From: Nitrospirales bacterium
GTDB lineage: Bacteria; Nitrospirota; Nitrospiria; Nitrospirales; UBA8639
Reading direction: 5' to 3'
Assembly (NCBI GenBank): GCA_965203295.1
Contig: CBDBCZ010000004.1
Coordinates: 1 to 64,000, forward strand
DNA length: 64,000 nucleotides
The first letter of the stretch is position 1. The number at the start of each line of letters is the position of its first letter. The notes under the pieces were generated by a model. That model saw only the letters and a list, made by a program, of their open reading frames with translations. It ran no database searches and was not told where the DNA came from. This document shows positions 39,330 to 54,029 of the stretch, piece by piece. The position numbers were made by a program, and so were the translations under genes.

Positions 39330-40735
39330 GCGCGTATGCCATTGAGCACGCACACACATAGGCGACATACTACAACCCTGTGCCACCCCCTGACCTATAT
39401 CAAATATTTCTGCCTCCAGTAAAACAGCACTCTGTGTGATATCCTTAATGGCTCACCTCATCCTGCTCCTAACACCAATTTCCCATAACTTAAAACTATA
39501 AGCCATTATGTCAAACTGTGTCAAATACTTCTGAACATCTAAGAAAGAAGCATAAGTGTTCCTCATTCTACCTGGTATGATTTCATTGAGAGCAAGATGC
39601 TAGTAACACAACTCGTTTTCTCTCTAATTCTTCATGAAGAGCTCTTTCTCATTCTAATGTGATTACTATGTGATTGCGATTGTTTAGAACAATTTTCTTC
39701 CCACATTTAATAATGTCCTCAATATCACCTTTCTTATACAAGCTAAAAGTTAACACTTGTCCTTAACACTCTCCTCTGTCCAAACTACTTCATATAAGAC
39801 TTTCAACAGACTAACTATTCATTTGCCACCGTACCTAAAAAGTTCTCCAACTAGCCCATCAATACCCCGTGGTGCGTAGGCAGCGGCAGGGTTAAGCGAA
39901 TGGTTCTGTCTGTCCGTCCGTCCGTCCATCCGTTGTCTGTCCACTCAAAAATTGGTCTATCTCGCGATTTACAGGGTTAAGCGATTGCTAAACACGACAG
40001 TAACATTGAAATCTAAAAAAAAATGTCCGGGTGTGTACCTAATAGTCGCCACAGCAGTTCCATATGCTGTATTTCCAGCTCTTTCTTATTTAACAACGGT
40101 ACATTCTGCCTTTTTAATGCAGTCATAACTAGAATACAATGGGGGCCGGGCATATACAGACTCTGGTCACGTGTTCGTATTGGCAATCGGTATGTCTGTG
40201 CGAGAGACTGCTAGTTTTTTAGGGTTTTAGTTAAATTTCTGCAAAATAATTCCCCTGTCCCAAACCTTAACCTTTCGTAATCTAGACATTTCCCTGTACT
40301 CTGTCACTTTCTGCTCTACATGCTCTTTCCAGCTACCATCAAACTGATCATCTACGGATGCTGTACCCAGCCTTTCATAATGCTCACATAATACTTCCAA
40401 ATTTCCCTTAGTGCTGGTTACACATGAACCTGGATTACTCCTCAAAGAAGCAATGTACCCTTACGACTACCATTTAAAGATCCTGCCAACAAATGCCCAA
40501 AAAATTCTTTCCTGTTTTCATGAAAATCTTTATTAGCCTTTTCAATCACCTCATTCCAACTATCTATACCAATTCCTTGATTTCCGAACATAGTTTGTAA
40601 CACTCTCCCCGTTTATCTCCCCTGCCAATACTAATCTCCAGTATCCTTATAATACTCTTCTCCTTAATCACTATCCCACCACCTCACCGCTTTGTCACGC
40701 ATTATCACCTTTTCTCTATTTCCCTACCATCACAG
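39330..40735 (-). mobile_element. Decayed RTEX-like LINE fragment with nested HINE-like family B insert (39863-40218)
   Basis: AQGCSMSP and TSTKGNLEVL peptides; near-identical to 45790-47150. Confidence 0.8.
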
Positions 40736-42089
40736 ATAGGCAGTAATTATTGCAACTGTTCGCTATGTGTCCTGTCTCTGGCACACTTTTATGTAATGCA
40801 TACCTAACTTTTAAATAGTGTGTGTGGGGGGGGAATCAAAACTAGATAACTAGTCTTTGTCGTCTTGAAGACGCGAGACTCATTATTTTCAGTAATAAGT
40901 CCATGTACATTAGTGTTTCCCTTGAAAATACTGCTGCACAGCTTTAAAGGAAAGGTGAAAATACATACACAAATGTTTAAGTACATTTCCACTGATTGGA
41001 TGAAATAATAGTGATACATCTGTGTAGTTTGAGCAGTGGTAGAAGGTTTTGTTCCCTTGGTTCAGTAGTTGTTTGGTTTATGGTTCGAAAATTTGGCTCT
41101 ATCACAAATTCTATTGCTGGTTAGGCCACACATTTCTGAGGATATTTCAAGGAGAATGAAAGGCATGCATGGCTACAATCATGTACAGATCATTAGAGGG
41201 ACCAATAAGGATTTACTGCTTTTTGTTAAGCATGCATAAATGTCTCTGGAATCAACAGTGACTATGGTGACAGCTAGTTCATTAGGTCACTGTGATATGT
41301 GGCATACATATAGAGCTTGCAGTAGAGTCTAGAGCTGATCCGATTCACTTGGTAGAGACAATGATGGCCAAGTGTTTATGTTATTCTTCGCTACATCACC
41401 AGCTTCATACATTGTTTCACCTCCCAGGGTAGGAAGCCAGAAAGGCAAAGTCACAGCAGAAAAATACCAGGCTGTACAAGTAGAGAGTAAGTCACAGCGT
41501 TACTGCATGAGCCTGTCAGTGCTTTGAAAAACAATAATCATCCTGCTAATACTTTAATGCGTATGCAATTGTAAGTTGTTGTATACATACTGAGCTCTGG
41601 CATTCAGATTCTACAAATAGGCTATGCATGCGTACGTATTGGAGTGTACTAGTCAGATTCGTACCGAAGCGTTACTGGCTCTATTATAGTGTTTCTGTAA
41701 ATGCATCTGCAAAGGTGATTACAATAATCATGTTGACTATTGTATAATGTTTATACTGCCGTGCAGGTAGCGAGCTCACACACATCACAAGCAGTGGCTG
41801 GAGCTCAACAGCATCCGAGCACCCAAATGAAAATTTACAAGCTCTACCAGAGAGTGCATCAGTGGTGATTTCAGATGCAGATATCGTGAACAATAGCATA
41901 AAGATTGATTTAGAAGCAGGAAGTCAAGATTCAAGTGGATGAGACTTCACTTCGTGACTATTTACATGTGATGAAGCTGTCGTCACATGTTGAACTGCAT
42001 GTTGTGTTCTTTTTTATTATTTTATTTGTTGTATTTATTACTATTAGTAACCTTTTGCAAACCCCCTTTTTTTACTATTAGTAACCTTT

Positions 42090-42750
42090 TGCGAGCCCCC
42101 CCCCCCCCTACTGTAAACCTGTGCGTGCGTGCGCGTCCGTGCACGCGCATGGTCTATTCCGTAAAAGCGTTGGCACGCGTATGCCTATTTCAACAACTGC
42201 TGTCGCGCGTTTCAGCGGCAATTATCCTCAGGCTCTACAGCGCGTGCGTGCGCTCTGGAGAGCTAGAGGGAAATGAGTGACTTGTGTAGACAGCGACATT
42301 GGAACGGCGCACACAACGCTACAGAGAAAGGAGAGCGGCCGAAACTTCTGTGGAGAAGGAGAGAAGGCTACAGAACGAGCGAGCACGGAGACCAAGCTTA
42401 CATGTACGCAGGGCAGCAGCGCAAGGGCAAAGGATGAAGTCCCGCGATGCCACGAATATTGGTAGCTGGAGGAGAAGGTGGCACGCCTCCTGTGCAGAGT
42501 AGTCCCTCTCTACAGTCGTGTTTATCGGGAGCTTCTGAACTGCCTTCAATGACTTTTCAGCATCATTCACAACAGCAGCATACACGTCCTTCAGCATCTG
42601 TGACCGTGGCTCGCATAATTTGGTGGCCGCTAAGTCAGTGCTACCTTACGCGGTGGTGTGATGACAGTGGAGTGCCAGAGCAGTCATCTGTCAAGTTTTG
42701 CAGTGCTGGTGGATGTGTTAAGTCCACAGGTTTACACTACATGTAGCCCA
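42090..42750 (+). mobile_element. Helentron deletion derivative (paralog of 48450-49537)
   Basis: Minus-strand ERDYSAQEACHLLLQLPIFVASRDFIL, a Rep-helicase-type motif. Confidence 0.6.
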
Positions 42751-43039
42751 TTCGACCTTAACAGACTGTATTTGTGAGACTTCTTTATTAAGGTAGATGA
42801 TTTATGCAAACATATAATGGCACTACTGTAACATTAATGTGCAAATTAACCTGTGTCTCTACATATATTGTTTAGACCATGCTTGTTATCATATAATATA
42901 CTGTAACACAGCCTGCAAAACCAATGCAAGCATACAGACTACTAGCATGTGTACCTAAAATAATTATGTTTCTTTGTGTTGTGAAACCTCACTATTCCTG
43001 TTACACAATGTATTGTATTCTGTTTTGGCTGCTATTTAG

Positions 43040-45461
<2,422 letters not shown>

Positions 45462-45496
45462 TACGTTAGCCTTGCAACTGTTGTTTTAATTCATGG

Positions 45497-47150
45497 TCAC
45501 ATGTAAAAATCAAATATGCATTTGCACTTCCATGTACACGCACCTGTATCAGCCTCTTTAGAAATTACCATAATAGCACTCTTTTTTATGTCAGATTTCA
45601 ACCTCCATTTATTACAAAACCCCTGTACTGCATTAATCAATGTTTGTAAGTCCTCAGCGTTAGTAGTTAAACCTGCAAAATCATCGGCAAACATTAGACC
45701 CCCAACCTGAACATCCTTCTTAATATTAATGCCAATCACAGCCTTCTCAACCTCATCTAACAACTGATTAATAAAATTAGATAAGAGGATAGGCAACATA
45801 CTACAACCCTGTGCCACCTCCTGACCTATATCAGATATTTCTGCCTCAACACTCTGTGACCTATTCACCAATTTCCCATAACTTAAACTATAAGCCATCA
45901 TGTCAAACTGTGTAAAATACTTCTGAACATCTAAGAAAGAAGCATGAGTGTTCCTCATTCTACCTGGTATGATTTCATTGAGAGCAAAGATGCCATCAAC
46001 ATTACTCGTTTTCTCTCTAAATCTTCATGAAGAGCTCTTTTTCATTCTAATGTGATTACTATGCGATTGTTTAGAACAATTTTCCTCCCACATTCAATAA
46101 TGTAATGCCTCCGTAAATACCCAGGTCCTCAGTATCACCTTTCTTATACAAGCTAAAAAGTTAACACTTGTCCTCGTTGTTTAGGAACACTCTCCTCTGT
46201 CCAAACTACTTCATATAAGACTTTCAACAGACTACATGTAGCTACTCCTTTGCCACCATACCTAAAAAGCTCCCCAACTAGCCCATCATTACCTCCTGTA
46301 TTATTATTACCCCGCGGCGCGTAGGCGGCGGTGGGGTTAAGCAATTGGTTCTGTCCGTCCGTTCGTTGTCTGTCCACTCAAAAATTGGGCTATCTCGCGA
46401 TTTACGGGGTTAAGCGTTTGTTAGACACAACAGTAACAGTGAAATCTAAAAAAAAATGTCCGGATGCGTACCTGATAGTCGCCAAAGCGGTTCCATACGC
46501 TGCATCTCCAGCTCTTTCTTATTTAACAATGGTACATTCTGCCTTTTTAATACGGTCACAACTAGAATATAATGGGGGCCGGGCATATACGAACTCTGGT
46601 CACGTGTTCGTATTGGCAATCGGTATGTCTCTGCTAGAGACTTCTACTTCTTTGGGGTTTTAGTTAATTTTCTGCAAAATAATTCCCCTGTCCAAAACCT
46701 TAACCTTCTGTAGTCTAGACATTTCCCTATACTCTGTCACTTTCTGCTCTACATGCTCTTTCCAGCTACCATCAAACTGATCATCTACGGATGCTGTACC
46801 AAGCCTTTCATAATGCTCACATAACACTTCCAAATTTCCCTTAGTGCTGGTTACGCATGAACCTGGATTACTCCTCAAAGAAGCAATATACCCTTACGAC
46901 TACCTTTTGAAGATCCTGCCAACAAATGCCCAAAACTCTTTCCTGTTTTCATGAAAATCTTAATTAGCCCTTTCCATCACCTCATTTCAACTATCTATAC
47001 CAATTCCTTGATTTCCGAACATCGTTTGTAACACTCTCCCCGTTTATCTCCCCTGCCAATACTACTCTCCAGTATCCTTATCATAATCTTAATCTCACCA
47101 TCACACCACCTCACTGCTTTGTCACGCATTATCATCTTTTCTCTATCATC
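45497..47150 (-). mobile_element. Decayed RTEX-like LINE fragment with nested family B insert (46305-46648)
   Basis: FLDVQK, QGCSMLP and GLMFADDF RT motifs. Confidence 0.85.
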
Positions 47151-48449
47151 ACAGATAGGCAGCAATTATTGCAACTGCTAGCTATATGTCCTGTCTCTGG
47201 CACACTTTTATGTAATGCATACCTAACTTTTAAATAGTGTGTGTGTGGGGGGGGGGGGGGGGATCAAAAACTAGATAACTCGTCTTGAAGACGCGAGACT
47301 CATTATTTTCAGTAATAAGTCCATGTACATTAGTTTTCTTTGATAAAACTGCTGCACAGCTTTAAAGGAAAGGTAAAAATACATACACAAATGTTTAAGT
47401 ACATTTCCACTGATTGGATGAAATAATAGTGATACATCTGTGTAGTTTGAGCAGTGGTTGAAAGTTTTGTTCCCTTGGTTCAGTAGTTGTTTAGTTTATG
47501 GTTTGAAAATTAGGCTCTATCACAAATTCTATTGCTGGTTAGGCCACACATTTCTTAGGATATTTCAAGGAGAATGAAAGGCATGAATGACTACAATCAT
47601 GTACAGATCGTTAGAGGGACCAATAAGGATTTACTGCTTGTGTACCTCTTTGTGTTAGAATCAACATGCAGTGACTATAATGGTGACAGCAAGTGTATTA
47701 GGTCACTGTGGTATGTGGCATACATATAGAGCTTGCAGTAGAGTCTAGAGCTGATCCGATTCACTTGGTAGAGACAATGATGGCCAAGAGTTTATATTAT
47801 TTTTTGTTACATTACCGGGTGCGTACATTGTTTCACCTCCCAGGGTAGGAAGCCAGAAGGCACAGTTACATCAGAAAAATACCGGGCTGTACAAGAAGAG
47901 AGTAAGTCACAGTGCTACTGCATGAGCCTGTCAGTGCTTTGAAAAACAATAATCATCCTGCTAATACATTAATGCATATACAATTGTAAGTTGTTATATA
48001 TACATACTGAGTTCTGGCATTCAGATTCTACAAATAGGCTATATACGTACATATTGGAGTGTACTAATCAGATTCATACCGAGGCGTTTGGCTCTATTAT
48101 ATTGTTTCATCTACAAAGGTGATTACAGTGTTATGTTGACTATTGTATAATGTTTATACTGCCATGCAGGTAGCGAGCTCACACACATCGCAAGCAGTGG
48201 CTGGAGCTCGACAGCATCCGAGCACCCAAATGAAAATATACAAGCTCTACCAGAGAGTGCATCAGTGGTGATTTCAAATGCAGATATCGTGAACAATAGC
48301 ATAAAGATTGATTTAGAAGCAGAAAGTCAAGATTCAAGTGGATGAGACTTCTCTTCTTGACTATTTACATGTGATGAAGCTGTCGTCACATGTTGAACTA
48401 TTGTGTTATTTTTTATTATTTATTTGTTGTATTCTTTTTTCTTACTCCT

Positions 48450-49538
48450 TTTGGGGCGAGCGTGAGCGAGCCCCCCCCTCAGTGTAGACCTGTGCGTGAG
48501 TGCGCGGGGCCTATTCAACAACTGTTGTCGCGCGTTTCAGCGGAATTAACTATCCTCTACAACACGTGCGTGCACTCTGGAGAGGGAAATGAGTGACTTG
48601 TGTAGACAGCGGACATTGGAACGGCGCAGACAGCGCTACTGAGAAAGGAGAGCGGCCGAAACCCCTGTGGAGAAGGAGAGAAGGCTACAGAACGAGCGAG
48701 CACGGCGAAGGCGGAGACCAAGCTTACATGTACGCAGGCGAGAACGCAGGGCAGCTGCGCAAGGGCAAAGGATGATGAAGTCCCGCGATGCCACGAACAT
48801 TGGTATAGCTGGAGGAGAAGGTGGCATGTCTCCTGTGCAGAGTAGACGTCCCTCTCTGCAGTGGTGTTTATCGGGAGCTTCTGAACTGCCTTCAACGACT
48901 TGTCATCATCATTCACAACAGCAGCATACACATCCTTCAGCATCTGCGACCGTGTTTCGCATAATTTGGTGGCCGCTGACTGGTGTTGAGGTTGCAGCTG
49001 TTCTGTCACTAGACACGTACTTAGCTTGCCTTGTCAGTCTGCAAGTCTCAAATCACCCCCACAACTGAACAGCTGGGTATATGTGCAAAGTGCGATGCTC
49101 TTCAAGCACTGAAACACTGCAAGAAACAGTGGAGTGCTAAGCTCACCTTTCTTGCTGGTGCCGATTTCCTAACACTCAATGTTTTTGGCGCCAATCTTAA
49201 CTTGTTGACATTGCGCATGTATGCAAGATGAAGACGTCACCGAAGCTTCCCTCCTATCTGCCCCTCCGTTTACTTTGACGTACAGCCTCAATATTGTCAC
49301 TGGCATTCACAGGCATTAAGTACAAACCAGACTAACATTTGAGTTTTTCTCAACTAGACTCTATATCCTTCCATATTATAATGATGATTGTTGACCACTG
49401 TAATATACCGCTGCATGTAAAATTATATCATGCTCTGTGATAATGCATTACCAGCCCTGCATATCCAAGTCAGCTATGTATGATCATAGATCATCTATGG
49501 CATGATGAACTCGCTCACGCTCGCCCCATTCACCTAGT
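48450..49538 (+). mobile_element. Helentron deletion derivative with Rep-helicase and RPA-like fragments
   Basis: 19-bp inverted ends tggggcgagcgtgagcgag / ctcgctcacgctcgcccca, then CTAGT. YSAQETCHLLLQL (minus) and CAKCDALQALKHC..SAKL..LTLNVF (plus). Confidence 0.65.
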
Positions 49539-50157
49539 AGATAATATCTATGTATACGTGCGTCCGCACAGTTCTGAGTGCTGTGCGTATGCATATGCGT
49601 ACGTACAGGTACGGGTCTAGATAGCCCCACCCCCATTCATTCATGCGCATGTGCGCTGAACCGTCGAGAATCTTCGTCAGGGAGGGGAGGAGAGGTTGCT
49701 GTACGAGTCAGGCCACTCATACAACGGGAGATTAGAGCTATTTCAAGCCGTGTAAGTTTGTACTCGTTAATATGTACCCGTTGTGTACTGTAATTTCCGA
49801 AGTTACCCCCCCCCCCCCCCCCCACTTACCTTACCCGTTGTGTACTGTAATTTGGTCAGCTATGGTAGCTAGCTCCCGTACAGTCTGGCTCGCGAGACTA
49901 GCTCCCGTGTCGGTACAGAGGTTTGTAAAAGCTTACAGGAGACTGTGTAGAGTAGAAACCAGAAAGCTTGCCCTGCTCATGATCGGTAATGAGCCTTTCA
50001 TCTGTAGCATTGTTAGGGCTGTATTTTTTCGAGTGCAAACCTCTGTAGACCTATGAAATAACTTGAAAGTAGCAAGTCTTTGACACATTTTTTACTGTTA
50101 GACGTTAAGTGATAGCCATTGACATTGAAGTCTTTGACATAGAGTCTTGCGCTGTCC

Positions 50158-50757
50158 TAGTCTCGCGGGCCAGACGATTTTTGTTGGGGCAAGTTACGTC
50201 TGGCCACCTTAGCCACGTTTCCGTTACGCGGTGGAATGTAGTGCACGTGACGCAATGTCATTTTTCATGTGGCAGAACGCAATTATTATGTGAAGCTAAT
50301 AGACTCTCGCCTTATAATCACGACATGGACAGTCGGTAGAGATGTGATTGCTTTGTCAGTCAGCGGTAAAGGCGAAGGAACGTCGGAATCTTCACAGTGA
50401 GTCTACAGAGCATGTGCTTCCTATTTTACTCGATGTACTTGAGGACCAGCGATGGAAACAGTCATTTATTTTCAAACTTATTACTCGTTCCTGGTTCGGC
50501 CGAAGCATAGCTAACTCGCAACTTTCGCTAACACTTTCTTCTCGATAACATCATAGATAGTAGAGTCCACGTGGACTCTACTATCTATGATAACATCTCG
50601 TTTGAAAAAGACAGACTGTCATGTGACTAATGCATAAGAACTTTGTAATAATTGAACGCTCTGCAATCTGATTGGTGTCGCCCACATTCCGGCGACGTTT
50701 GCAAAAACGTGGCAAACGTGACCAGACGTACTTTAACCGTCTGGCCTGCGAGACTAG
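50158..50757. mobile_element. MITE with TAG...CTA ends
   Basis: tagtctcgcgggccagacg / cgtctggcctgcgagacta. Confidence 0.8.
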
Positions 50758-51082
50758 CGCTGTCCCTGACAATGTTTGGTGGGGTCTCTATCACAACTGC
50801 TATAACGTAGTGTAACAGTTATTGCCTCGTGCAACTAACTGTGGTTGCTATGTATGCATATGTATCTATAGCATCATGTAAATGTATTTTTCCATGTGCA
50901 CACACAGTGTGTTTAGGTTAATATAAGGAAGTAACCATTGATATCAAACCAGAGTCAAGGAAAAGGCCTTCACAGATTGGAATCGATTATTTTGGAGAGC
51001 TAATACGGTCTGACGTATCACGAAACACACAATTTCTTCTATGATCTCATGTTCGGACCCAGGTTAGTTCACTAGGTACAAA

Positions 51083-54025
51083 AGCACTTTACAAAAAGTG
51101 CAAAAACCACTCATGTAGGGATGCACTTCCACCAAAAAACAATTCCCCAAAAACCAACGAAACAAGCGACAATGCACACTGGAAGGCATGCACAGACTAC
51201 CCACACATCACAGCGCAATGCATTTACTGCGTACCTACCATCCCTACATCTTTCCAACCACACCTGTCCAATGTTGAGAATGTGAGATGTGAATAGTGGT
51301 AGTGTAAATTGCTGTGTGTGTGCATGCGCTGGTAATGAGAGGTACCCCTGAATTGAGGATACCCCTCTATACAGGGCGCTTGATTAGGTCCTCAAGGTGT
51401 CGACAATATGGGGTTCCAGTGTAGTATAATTTGTTTTGGGTGTAAAGATGTGTTGGTAATGGGTGCATATATTATAATGAATTGTATATTATGGTGTTTG
51501 CATAGAGGCTTTGGAGAAGTACGTATGGTTGAGTGCTGTGAAGTTATGCGAGTGTGTTGAAAGTCAGTTTGTGAGTGGATGTTCTTTGTAGGGGAGGTGA
51601 ATGTGGGTGCATTTGGTAAAGTGTGGGTCGGGTGTTGTGAAGTTAATTGAATGTATTGTAGGGTGGTTGATGTGGGTATTGTGTGTTGGTATGTTGTGAT
51701 GGGAGCAGTGTTGCTGTGAAGGTCTGAAGGGGAGGACAATGTGGGTGTGATTGGTATGGTGTCGGTAGGGTGTTGGTAACTTTTGAATGTGTGTAGCATG
51801 GTAGTTGATGTGGGTTGTATTGTGTGGTTGTGTGTGTTGGTGAGTGTGGCTTGGTTTGTGCTTGTGAGTGGGGTTGGTGAGCGGAGTGTGTTTTCTGGGG
51901 AATAATATTATGTTGCTATGAAGGTTTAGGCTGGTTGTATTGTGGGGTGCGTTTTGTGTAGTATGTGAATATTGTTGTGGATGAGGATGTGAGGGTGGCT
52001 GTTGGATGGCAATGTGCTGGCACGTATGGATAAGGATGGAGATGATTGTGGATGGTGAAGGGTGTTGTGTATGGGGGTGGTACAGTGTGTGGTGGGTGTA
52101 GTTGGAAAGATGTAGGGATGGTAGGTACGCAGTAAATGCATTGTGCTGTGATGTGTGGGTAGTCTGTGCATGCCTTCCAGTGTGCATTGTCGCTTGTTTC
52201 GTTGGTTTTTGGGGAATTGTTTTTTGGTGGAAGTGCATCCCTACATGAGTGGTTTTTGCACTTTTTGTAAAGTGCTTTTTCTATGTCTTGTTTCGGGGTG
52301 TTTTTTTTGGGAGATGGCAGGAAAGGGTATGTAGTGTTGTGGAACATTGATGGGATGGTGCGTGTAGTACAGGTTTCGTGTGTACTCCAGTCAGCATCAG
52401 GAAGGCCTTCGCCCGCATGGGCGATGCATGGGGGGGAAGGTTAAGCCTATACTTGGCACGTCTGGCAGCCCTTTTCTTGTCAGGGCAAGCTTTGTACCTA
52501 GCACGCGAGGCAGCCCTTTTCTAGTCTGGGGGACCCCGCCCCTCGCTAGGGACAGGCACATTATTCTTTTTAATTTTCCCATTATTCTATTCCCCAATTC
52601 TTTTATTTTGCCCTATTATTCCTTCCCATTATTCTTATTTTTACCCTATTATTCTTTTCCTTTATCACGAGCCATATGTGGCAGACTGAATTTAGGATGT
52701 GTTTCTACCTTTAAAGTACAAGTCATATAGTGGGTTCTCTGCTTCACTACACTTGGCTTTGGAATTATTGATGGAATTCACAGCCACTTATATTCTACCA
52801 CCAGCCCACCACTTTACTGCAGACTAATTACTGAGTCCTCTGACCCAGGGAAGGCCATACAGACAGGTTTATCAAAACAATCACCTATTATTCTTGCTTT
52901 TATGTATGCACCTATTATTCCTAAAGAAATTCCCGAATAATGTGCGTGTCCCTACCCCTCGCGTTAAACGGAGGGTCTGGTACAGACGCCGTAATGATTT
53001 TGTCTGTCTCGCAACGCACATTGCGAGCCAATCAGATTCAAGCTTAGTAAAACGTCATGAAAAGATTACGTCACTGGTATGGTCTGACCAATCAGATAGC
53101 AGGTTCACTGCCGGATCTCTTTCGTTGATTGTCTGCTTGTGTCGTCATAGCACAACGTCCGCATTCCAGATTGACGGTTCCACTGCGGCGTCTGTACCAG
53201 ACTCTAACTTTCCCGTCGAGAGTCTGGCTACGTGAGACTAGCCCTTTTCTTCTCAGGATCAGCTTTGTAGCTGGCACGCGAGGCAGCCCTTTTCTTCTCA
53301 GGATCAGCTTTGTAGCTGGCACGCGAGGCTGCCCTAGCAGCTTCCTTTCTGCGTTGACGGTTTTGAATCGGTACCGTTCTTTATTCTGGGCCCTCTTTCT
53401 CCGCAAATTACTAGGCATAGTGCATGCAAAGTACCTTGGAATTCCAAGAAGGTCAGCAACCACATGAGTGGATGGGAGAACCTTGCTTTCAGGCACTTTC
53501 ACACTTCCACTCGAGAACAGAAGGACCGAAAGATCGAAGGTAGACTTTAAATAGACCAACACTTGTTCGCAGGCAGTGTGCGCATGCGCACCATCCTAAC
53601 GTAAAATGGCGTGTTAGTGGCAACCGTCCACTCAAGAGTGCTCGTTATCACTGCTGAACTAATTCAAGTTCTTTGAAAACGCTATGCCTGAAAGGCACTA
53701 CCCGAGGGCCAATCATGCCCGTTCGTGTTGGAATCTTTGTAATCGCTTCACCCAGCATTGTGCTAGCCTGGCTGAAAGAAGAATGACAAGATGTACCATC
53801 TGGCTGTTTTAGCCACTTGCCGCTTTGGTACTTCAGAGATATTCTGTAGCAGTGCTAACAGTCTGATTAGTGATGACAACGCTCGAGAATAACTGGTAGG
53901 GTTCATATTCACTCTAGACTACACCTAGAGCAGAGTTCTCAACATGTCATTTTGTACGCATTGAATGGGGAGGCCATTTTTTTCCAGTGCCATCCCTACA
54001 TATGGAGTACTACCGTACTCCATGA
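51083..54025 (+). mobile_element. Family C HINE-like element with ~180-bp internal inverted repeat and GT-rich spacer
   Basis: 51083-51262 is the reverse complement of ~52095-52278. Right end ccatccctacatatggagtactaccgtactccatg. Confidence 0.65.
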
Positions 54026-54029
54026 TACA

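Noticed and set aside
41768..41943. Terminal exon (also 48169-48345) as the GPCR C-tail
   Set aside because: Open and Ser-rich but has no diagnostic motif; linkage to the GPCR cannot be shown.
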